From: Guillardia theta CCMP2712
Lineage: Eukaryota > Protista > Cryptophyta
Direction of reading: 5' to 3'
DNA length: 64,000 bases
NCBI RefSeq assembly: GCF_000315625.1
Contig: NW_005434631.1
Location: 314,169-378,168, forward strand
Position numbers and translations under genes: made by a program. A model generated the notes under the pieces. That model was not told the DNA's origin. It searched no databases and saw only the letters and a program-made list of their open reading frames with translations. Of this stretch, positions 12,001-21,600 are shown in pieces; the first letter of the stretch is position 1; every line of letters begins with the position of its first letter.

Positions 12001-13299
12001 GGCAACCTGATCGCTGGTAGGTGGAAAATGATTTGGAGGACAGAGTTGAGGTAGCAGGTAGCACCCTCGTTGCGGAGCCCAGCGTAAGGGGTGTGCTGAA
12101 ACCGTTGTCATGGTCACGATCAGCATCAGCAGAACAGAATCGTCAACGTGTATGCAACAGTTTTTGCACAATCATCACCACTGCTCACAACATCACTGCA
12201 ATTGCAATGCGCTAAAACTCAGCATGAGGAAGTCGCATGCAGCAGTCTGAGAGGTGTCACAGAGCACTGAGAACCTCGGATTTGATGAGAGACTGCTTGG
12301 AAAACATCCCTTCAAACGCTCTCGACACGGTCTCCTCGGACGAGGACGGGGGGTGCTCTTTCCGCGCACGAACGCACTCCTTCAGCACCATCATCCAGGG
12401 ATGAGATCGAGAATCATCCGCACCTTCTGCAGCCTTATCGCTTCTTGATTCTTGCCGTTCAGACTCAGCACCTGCGCACATCAGCTCGGAGGGAGTAGGG
12501 GTAGAGGGAGGAGGCGGACACACCGCCTTGATGTCCTTTTGCGCCTCATCGAAGTTGCCCAGTTCCTTCAACGAGGATCCTCGCCTACAGGCACGAGCAT
12601 CTCAGCATCGGCATCAAGGGCGGCGAGCATAACCTGAACAGAGCCTTTTCGTTCTGTGGGTCGAGCTCCAATACTTCCCCACACGCCCTCACCGCATCCT
12701 GTTCCCGCTCACATGCGTCCCTCACCCGGGAACCGCATCCCCTACCTGATACTTCCCGAGTCGGTGGTAGACCAGGGCCAAGTTCGTCAAGCTCCGCAAC
12801 TCGAAGTCAGCAGAGGCTTCAGACCTCCCCAGCAATCACCTTTGCACAGCAATGGTCCTTATTTCGGCCTCATGCTCCTCGTCCACCTCGACGGCGTTGA
12901 GGAGTCTGAAAGAGCAATCAGTTGAAAGCAAGAACGTCTTCGTCACAGAGATATATTGCAAAAGGGGTTATGAGTCAGCAGCAAGATTCAACATGATGTT
13001 TGAGGTGCAAACAAATCGAAAATTTCGTTGAATCTCACTTGTAAGCTTTGATATAGGCCTCTGCTGCCTCCTCGAACTTCTCAGCCTTGAAAAACGCGTT
13101 CCCCTTGTCCTTTTGAGCACTGCCAATCAAAGAAGTCATCAGCAAGACGTGGAAATATTTAGCATGGATGGTTGTAAATCCCTACCTCGCCAGGACAATG
13201 CGCTTTTCTAGCCTCGAGGCCTGATGGCCTGAAACGTCTATCGGCCGGAGTTACTTGTGCATCACGAACATCTCAGATATGCCAAGAACCTTCCGGCAT
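6030..13299 (-). CDS. Multi-exon ubiquitin-specific protease (peptidase C19, USP7/UBP12-like catalytic domain) with N-terminal TPR repeats; spans an assembly gap; 3' end approximate
   Basis: TPR exons AQKDKGNAFFKAEKFEEAAEAYIKA (~13040-13120) and ELGNFDEAQKDIKAVLSLNGKNQEA. Cys box GLRNEGATCYLNSVLQIIFHLP (~12020-12082). Also LALQRLLYQME, SFGWDSSDTLTQQDVGEF, PPILIVNLQRV..KINSRFEFPEELDL, YILHSVVVHSG, His box GGHYYAFIRP, WYKFDDD, SAYMLVY. The TPR-USP join into one gene is inferred. Confidence 0.8.
7596..7650. repeat. (CCT)n microsatellite in a USP intron
   Basis: About 18 perfect CCT units. Confidence 0.95.
9296..9359. repeat. (GGA)n microsatellite in a USP intron
   Basis: About 21 GGA units. 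A similar tract lies at ~10165-10212. Confidence 0.95.
10789..10888. other. Assembly gap (100 N)
   Basis: Run of N. Confidence 1.
11306..11383. repeat. Intronic minisatellite, 3 copies of CCTCTACCACATGCATCATC
   Basis: Three direct copies with a 27-30 nt period. Confidence 0.85.
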
Positions 13300-14025
13300 T
13301 TGACGGTTTGTAGCAGCCTTCAAAAGCGTTGTTTGGCCATTTTTTTCCCTGCGTTTCGCTGAAAAGTAGTAAACTTAGGAACAACTCAGCATCGACGGAA
13401 GTGAGTGAGCCAACGGGATGGCGGTATAAGATTATCTCTGACTCGAGGCCTGGTTGGTTGCATGCACATCATTGTAAGCTAGACAACCGTACGTTGAGGA
13501 CTACCAGTGTTACCATCGGGACATCGGGCATTGAAGCAACCGTTGTATCTACTTCGCTTCCATACAATCTGCCCGCTCAACTTTTGATTCCTTCATCTCT
13601 CGTTGATTTTTCCGTCATTTTCTTAATCTCTCTTCCTTCTCTAAGGATCGTCAGTCCATTCTCTCCCTCCCTCCTCCTCCTCTCTGCTTCTCTTTGCGTC
13701 CTCAGCACCGCCATGCTTCCAGCGTTCCATGGTACTTGCGGGTACTACCTACCCCTCGCCATAAATCACCCTACCCCACCCTCATTTTCCCATGAATCCG
13801 TCTAGACATCTACCCCAATACAACAACAAGTACCCGTGTCAAACACCTCGAACGCGTCCTGCATAGCTCGATGAATGAAGGCATAGTAAACGATTTCTGC
13901 CTTCGTCCTTTAGGGTGAGGCGAGCTTGAATAAACTAGGCTGGGAGCGCATGAGTAAATTTTGATATCTTCTTTTTAAATTCTTTTTTTAAAAATCGGTC
14001 TGCTCATTACTCCATTATTCAATAG

Positions 14026-15450
14026 GTGTTTCAGTGGCCACAGAACCAGGCACAGGAGGGTTCATCTGTCCTGCAACCTGCCCCTGGCACCCCTCCATCT
14101 GACCTTCAGTTCGCCTACTTCAAACGTCAGTTGCCTTATAGTGCTGGAGGAGATGGGTTCACCCCGCAGGAGGGCGTGGCCTACACCGCATTCTGGTCGG
14201 CGACTGCCAAGTTTCTCAAATGGGCGGGTGAAATTGCCATCTTCCAGCATTGGACTTTCCCTACACCGCCACTCTTCCACCGGATCATTTCTGACACTGA
14301 GCTTCGAATCCGCCAACCGCAGCAAGCGGACGCTGGGGATGTTGTCCCCATGCTTGCTGCCTTCTTGGACACTCACAGGCACTTGATGGAGCAGGGCATC
14401 TCGGCGTACACCTCCTTGGCGGAGCTTCCTCAGGCGTGCGACAATGGCTGGATCCCCTCGCCTGAATTATTTGGGACGTCGGGCAGTGCGCTTTTCATCC
14501 CCGCCCAGCGGGAGCTCACGGCTCAGTTCCTCTCGGAGTTTCCCCGGTTCCGCAGTATTCGGGCTCACCTTTCAGAGCGCCAGAGATCTTTGTTGGCACA
14601 CCACTCCAGCTTCTCTACTCCCCTTCGAGTACCAGGCCACCCGGTTGATGAACTTCTGTCTCAGTTTACCCCTCAGCGCACGATTTGGCACTCGACTATG
14701 GAAAGTACAAACCTTGGGATCTTTGAGCAGCAGCCCATCAGCTTGGTGGCTGCCGCTGACAAGTTTCTTCATGGATTGCCGGTTGACCTCCCGCCGCACT
14801 GCGATCGATGCCATCATCTTCTTCGTCATCCTGGGGGGACCACACACATGGCAACCTGCAGGCACCGCAGCCAGTTATGGACTGATGCGCATGAGAAGTG
14901 CAATGCCGTCCTCAGTACCCTCATCAAAGATTCCGGAGTGAGATGCCGCGTCCACGTGCAAGGCGTACCCGGCACCAGGCAGAACGTTTCCCAACATGGC
15001 CCTGAAGATCATCATGTAGGGGACTTTGAACTTCCACAACTGATGGCTACTGGCGGCGGATGGCATGGGTTAATCCTGGACTTCAGCATGTCACATGTTT
15101 TTGACAATGATGGAATACCGGACCTTGCTCGGAGCAAACTGCAAGCGGCAGCACAGCGGAAGATCCGAGGGCATCGTAATGCATATGCTCAGCACGTCCC
15201 GCCAAAGGCCTTTCTTCCCATCATCGCCAGCACTGATGGCCTCTTGCAGGACGATGCGTTGCGCTTTCTGTGGTGGCTGGCGGATCGCTCGGCGAACAAG
15301 GAAACGGCAGCGCTGGATGGTCTCTCGGCCTCGCAAGACGTCTCAGGTGATCCGACTTGCAAACGCATTCGGTCCAGGATCTTCCGTCAGCTCAAGGCCT
15401 CCCTGTCCTACGCTGCCATCATCGCGGGTGCATCCCGGTTTAGGACGTTG
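14026..15450 (+). mobile_element. 5'-truncated non-LTR retrotransposon with C-terminal zinc knuckle and restriction-like endonuclease (CRE-like/RLE group)
   Basis: ORF has the post-RT motif QLPYSAGGDGF, a Cys/His knuckle CDRC...HMATC followed by HEKCNAVL, and an RLE-like HVGDFEL...LILDFSMSH...AAAQRK..Y...FLPIIASTDGLL....LRFLWWLA. No RT core (YxDD) is present. Confidence 0.75.
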
Positions 15451-15514
15451 CTAGTCACTCTTTTCCTATTCCCCTGCTCCTCCTCGCCCCCTCCCCGATC
15501 TCCTCCTCCTCCTC

Positions 15515-15614
15515 NNNNNNNNNNNNNNNNNNNNNNNNNNNNNNNNNNNNNNNNNNNNNNNNNNNNNNNNNNNNNNNNNNNNNNNNNNNNNNNNNNNNNN
15601 NNNNNNNNNNNNNN
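15515..15614. other. Assembly gap (100 N) flanked by (CCT)n tracts
   Basis: Run of N with CCT repeats on both sides. Confidence 1.
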
Positions 15615-15929
15615 CCTCCTCCTCCTCCTCCTCCTCCTCCCTCCTCCTCCTCCTCCTCCTCCCTCCTCCTCCTCCTCCTCCTCCTCCTTCCCCTGATCTC
15701 TTGCTATCCCCCCCCTCTCCACCTGATCTCCTCCTACTCCCCTTTCACCCACCCCTCCCTCCCTCACTTCCTCGCTCCATCCTCCTATCACTCTCCTGCT
15801 CCCTTCTTCCCTTTCTTTCTGTATTCTTGCTCTTCCTTGGCCCTAGCCCCAGCCTCTATTCTTATCCATTGAGAGATGCCCCCTTGCTCATAATTTTCTC
15901 GTGGATATCCTTCGAAGAGTCAAACATAC

Positions 15930-17734
15930 ATGAAATCAGAAAGCTTGCCGTCATGTAACTCCTTCTTCTATGGATTCTGGCTTGTAGCTGCCACATCAGT
16001 CGTAATCTCATCGCTCTTCATGCTCGGAAGAGCATCCTGCGGCATGGCGGGCCTGGATGAAGTTGACCTCACTCCACTTCTATTGTCAAACAGCACAATG
16101 CTCACTGGTAGCCCGTTGACGGAGGACATCATTAGGCTGATAAAGCCTGAGGACGTGGATAAAGTCTCGTTGGACCCGAATCGCAGCAGCAGCGCGCTGC
16201 TTGCTTCTGCACTCTTCTGGACTCGGAAGCGAGAAAGAAGATCAAGGAGCAGCTGTACAGAGCCTTTGCTGAAGTGCAGAGGATCAAACGACCGATGAGG
16301 AACAAAGATCTCTCCTTCAACAACTCTCTCAAGTCTCTCTTGAGGCTCAAGGGTCTTGCTAGCAAAGCGTTCCAATCTTGCGGTGATTCAGGATGGATTC
16401 CAATGGTATCCCAGCAAGCCTCGTTTGAAAGCGGTCTCAGGCTTGATGGGATCAAGCAAGAGCATAACATCTCTGAAAAATTCAAAATTCAGATGTGTTA
16501 TGACAAGGGGCGGATGAGTGGGAAGATCCTTGTAGAGAAGAGGTTCGATTGTAACGAGGCCATGGAATTCTCTGGTGACCCTCAATATGTGAAGATGGTA
16601 AGGAATCAATCAGGACCTGACGAGTTTTCATTCAACCTCCAAGGACCCGAGCTACATAGTTTGGTGTACAACATGAGGTACTTGGGGCAGTGCAGATATG
16701 AGTTACCTTTTAAAGTTACCACACCGGGCAAGTATTTCGTCAACTTGGTCTGGTGGAGAGAGAATTATAACGGAGCTACGGAGCTCTCGAACGGCTGGCT
16801 TCCTGCTCACTTTGACCTGCCGCTGGGATTGGACGTTTTCATCCATTTGGGTGAGCCAGGAGACGATATGAAAGAAACGAGGGAAGCTTTGCAGAGGAAT
16901 CGGAATGCCTCCGATCTGCCCCTTTGTGACATGCGAGACAAAAATTATACCTACATGGACGGCCGATGGCTGTATATGTATGATGACGTCGAAAATATCT
17001 TCTACTCTCCAGCACCGCAGCAGGTGAGACTGATTAGTGGAGGTGCGAGTATGTATACATGGGTCAATCTGGAGAAGTATTACTGGTACCCGTCTCGCTG
17101 CAAGCTCCGCCATTTCGAGGGCAAGCAAGCACTGAATTGCATAGCATCGAAGACTATTAGAATGCAAGGGGATTCTCACCTCAGAACCATCGCCAATGCC
17201 CTAAGTGACTTGGCTTGCGGTGTGCGGTCAGGAGGCTTCGATAGCGGCTGCGCCTCAGCTTGCAAACAGGCTGATTTGAGTCGAAATTGCTATCGAAAGG
17301 ATGGGTTGGGTCATGCTCCAGACTTCTTTGCGGACCAAGGTGCCGCGCTAAATGTGATCAACCTCGGCCAGCATTTTTGCGATGGAGAGCGCAAGATGAA
17401 ATTTGCACAATACAAACAGAGCATTGACGCTGGTGTGGACAAGATGTCGAAACTTTCACCAGATGCTCGGAGGACGATGATTTGGCACGAAACCAATGCA
17501 GTCATGTTCAGAAAAGATTCTTGGATCGTGGGGTACGGCGATCAAAGGACGAATATCCGCATCGCGATGTACAACAGGTACGCAACAGCGAAAATGAAAG
17601 AACTTGGGATCACCGTCCTGCCGACTTTTTCTGCAAGCCTTGCGCTTGCACAGAATCCTGATGAAGCTCATTATCCATTGAAGTATCTGCAGCATAGCTC
17701 TGTGCAGTACCTGCTCAACTTTTTTTGCCAATAA
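15930..17734 (+). CDS. Membrane-anchored SGNH/PC-esterase (NXPE-like) protein, putative glycan acyl-transferase/esterase; two ORFs joined by a tiny intron or a frameshift near 16155-16190
   Basis: N-terminal TM (FFYGFWLVAATSVVISSLFMLG), Ig-like segment (GPDEFSFNLQGP...YELPFKVTTPGKYFV), catalytic GDSH motif and C-terminal DEAH (DxxH). Confidence 0.65.
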
Positions 17735-18040
17735 ATTGAATCGTGTGAAAGACACTAGCTCCCAGGCACTTTAACCTGTTGACCGTCGGACACTTAGGAG
17801 GCCCTCCAACTTATCACCGTACCAGCCGCGCAAGGTACACTAGTGCCCCCGGCACAGGCCGCGGCTGCACTGGGCCCGGTCACCGACCGTCAGCGGCCGG
17901 GCCGGCCCTGCCCATTCGTACCGTAGTAACGATGGCATTCATGATGACTCAAGCAGCCCACCGTCGGCCGGCCACGGTACGGCGACCAACCGTTGAACTG
18001 CTGTCAATGATTGATGCCGTAGCTTCAGAATGAGATGATT

Positions 18041-18098
18041 CCGGAACGCACCCGCGATGATGGCAGCGAAGGACAGGGAGGCCTCAGCCTGTCGGAAA
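18041..18098 (-). mobile_element. 58-bp fragment of the same non-LTR retrotransposon family, inverted orientation
   Basis: Reverse complement aligns without gaps to 15381-15438 at 49/58 identity by manual count (FRQAEASLSFAAIIAGA vs FRQLKASLSYAAIIAGA). Confidence 0.8.
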
Positions 18099-18612
18099 GT
18101 CACCGTCAAGCCACCGGCGGCGGGGCCCGCTGCCGCGCCGCGCGGCCGCTGCCGGCGCGCCCGGCCCGCACTGCGCGGCAATCATGAAATGACATTAACT
18201 GTCATAACGGTATTCCAATTCAACAATAACGGTCGTAACCGTTGATCTCCGGCCTCCAGGTGTTCCTCGAAAAAGAAAAAGCAACCAAGATGGAGGATGA
18301 ATCAATACGTAGGGGTACATTTATGTGGTATAATAGGGGTGAGGGTGATGCTTGGCTTTGTCTTTTTTTTCTTCTCGAATGATTTGGCGCCATGCAGGCG
18401 ACGGGGTGCATGGCACGGAGGAGAGGAGTGGAGAGGGAGGTGTGGAGAGGAGAGAGCAGAAGGTAGTTCCCCAAGAGGGAAGGAACATGAGCAGAAAGAA
18501 AATGACAGATACGAATCTTACTTGACGTTACAAAGATCGCTGAATGGTCTCTGGCAAGTTTTCGAATCCCATGTAGGCGGTGAGGATCGTCAGTTGAGCA
18601 AGGAGCAGGAAG

Positions 18613-21600
18613 ATGCAGATGAGAAACATGAAAGCGCGTCCTAGCTTCGTTCTCTTGGTGCTTGTGCTGTGCAATCCGGGACAGCGTTTGGCGACGGCTT
18701 CAGCACACGTACCTGCAACAGCCTTGGGGCAGCGCTCTGCATTGCACATTAGCAGGGATGGTCATTCAAAAGTATTGAGGGTCAGAGGCGGTTCTCCTGC
18801 ATTATTCTCACCAATTCGGACATGCAAAGCAAACCAGATATGCAACCATGTATACGAAACTCTTGTCGCTCCCTTGGATTTTGTCAAGGAATACTGCAAG
18901 ACGTCAAGATCTTGTCAGGAAGTGATGAACATGCTTTCTCGAGTTCCACAAATTGTCGATTCAGCCTGCTCCTCGAATGCTCTATGTTCGAGCATACATT
19001 CGACATTCATGTCTCTGTGGAAGAGTGACTCTATCCTTGCTATACATGCCGGTTTTGTTTCGATGGCCATTGCCCTCGATCTGGTAGCATCGCTGTTTTC
19101 GTCAGCAAAACTGCGCCCAGTCGATACACGTCGCACTCCTGGATGCGTTCCTCATAGCCGTGTGGTTACTGTTGGGTCCCGTGTTCGTGTAAAGGGACTT
19201 GCCAGTGCACGGCAATACAACGGACTTGTGGGGGTTGTGAGGTCCAAGTATGGGAAGAGATTTGCTGTGGAGGTTTGGGGTTTCCCAGAAGATTTAATGC
19301 TCAAGTCCAAAAACTTAGAGGTGATCGGATGCAGTTTGCTATCGATAGAATCGAAGAAATCGCAGCAAACAGAACAAGGCAAAGCCGACCTTGAAGAGAA
19401 CATCACTGCTTTAGCTTCAAACCAAACGGTTGAAAAAGGTTATGATGACGAAACCATATCTGTAGACAACCAACCTCATCAAGCTTACCAGAAGAAAGTT
19501 AAAGAAGGGCCTTTACAACCTGCTGAAAGCGAACAGCTACCGAAGGCATCAAAGAGGAAGACATTCGAGAACTACCTCGAAAAATTTACAGGTTTCAAAC
19601 AAAAAACCTCGACTAGATTGGCAGATAGCGTTGCTCCAGCAGCTCATCATCAGGGCTGGCTCTACAGCCGTGAGCCCGCTCTCCTCGCCCTCTGGCATAA
19701 GCGTTGGTGCGTCGTCCGCCAGGGCCAGCTCGACCTCTACGAGGACGACAGCATGCAGAAGCTGGTCATGACGGTACCGCTGTCGCAGTGCCGGATCGAG
19801 AAGACGCGGGTGATGGACGGGCGGCTACAGCAGGGGTGCGACTTCGAGTACGGGATCCGGGTGGTACTAGGGAAGGGGATCCTGATGGAGCTTGGGGCAC
19901 AGGAGCGGCTTCTGGCGGCGGGGTCAGAGGAGGAGCGGGAGGGGTGGGGGGCGGCGTTGATGTCTTGCAGACAGGGAGTTTTAGTGCACAGCACATCTGA
20001 GAGGGCCTCTGATAAAATGCAGTCTATGAAGGATGCGCAAGGTAGCGATGGTCAGGGGATGAGTTCACAAGTTGCGAGATTTGGTGTCCAGCTGGGAAAG
20101 AGTGTCGAAACATTGTTTTCTTCGGATCCATCCACGTGGTTCGGAGGCGTGAAGGATATGATGCAAGAAGTGCAATCCAAGGCATCGGTAATGCGCTCTT
20201 GACTTAATCTGCACCACTCTAACACTGGTTACAGATTGTTTTCGAGCGGTTGAAGAACAGCAGCGATTGGATAAGTGATGATGACGAGGATGACGGCAAT
20301 GGTCTAGTCCGTGACAGCGTGAACGCTCAAAGTCCCTCAGTTGCTCAATCTGTTGCGAGTCAGTCTGTGACGGAATCTTATTTCACTAATGACCGAATGG
20401 GTCATCAAACATTACAGGACTCTCTTTTTCATGAGGAGGCGCTCAATGAGTCCGCCGCCGCTCCAAGTGGCAATTTCAAAGGGCATGAAGATCATCTCCG
20501 CACAACTGCAGCAAGTGAAAGTGTTTTGAAAGAGATTGAAGCAATTCAAAATGAATTAGCCGAAACTGCACAGAAGAAGGAGGATGCAGTCAAAAACGAG
20601 GATTATCAATTAGCTTCAGTGTTGAAGTCAAAAATTGATGGGCTCAAATCTAAAATTCACCAACTTCAACAGGGTCTAGCACCGGTGATATCAATAGGAA
20701 AAGACCAAATCGCAGCCCTTGGCCCCAATGACGTTTCTCAACCGATGCAGAAGCAACACCTGAAACCAGTCGAACCATACGTCAAAGGTGGATGGCTCTA
20801 CAGCCGTGAGCCCGCTCTCCTCGCCCTCTGGCATAAGCGTTGGTGCGTCGTCCGCCAAGGCCAGCTCGACCTCTACGAGGACGACAGCATGCAGAAGCTG
20901 GTCATGACGGTACCGCTGTCGCAGTGCCGGATCGAGAAGACGCGGGTGATGGACGGGCGGCTACAGCAGGGGTGCGACTTCGAGTACGGGATCCGGGTGG
21001 TACTAGGGAAGGGGATCCTGATGGAGCTTGGGGCACAGGAGCGGCTTCTGGCGGCGGGGTCAGAGGAGGAGCGGGAGGGGTGGGGGGCGGCGTTGATGTC
21101 TTGCAGGCAGGGGGCTCTAGAAGTCGGGGGGCGGCCGGAGGCCTCGGGACAGGGGACGGCGGGGAGGAACGAGACCGGGGAAGGGCTAGGGGGGCGTCTG
21201 GCGAAGTGGGGGGTAGTCATTGGAAAGCACTTTGAATCGCTCCTTACGGCAGATCCTCAGGACACGATCAAGAAGGTCAAGGAGGAGGCGGGGAAGCACG
21301 TGGGAGGGGTACTAGGGAAGCTGGACGACTTGATCAGCGACGAAGATGAAGCAAACGAATTTCCTCATACCGATGCAACAATATCGGTAATTAACATTTC
21401 TTGTTGCACGTGATTTGATTGTACTGTTTGTTTACAGCGATTACAGGATCATAGAGAACATTCCTTGGAGGCTCCTCCTTCTCAGCCATCCATTACGATT
21501 GACCCAAGCATACACCTCAGATATCCACCAGTGCGCCAGGGCTGGCTCTACAGCCGTGAGCCCGCTCTCCTCGCCCTCTGGCATAAGCGTTGGTGCGTCG

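Noticed and set aside
13329-13805. 158-aa plus-strand ORF
   Set aside because: Non-ATG start, low-complexity promoter-type sequence and no recognisable domain.
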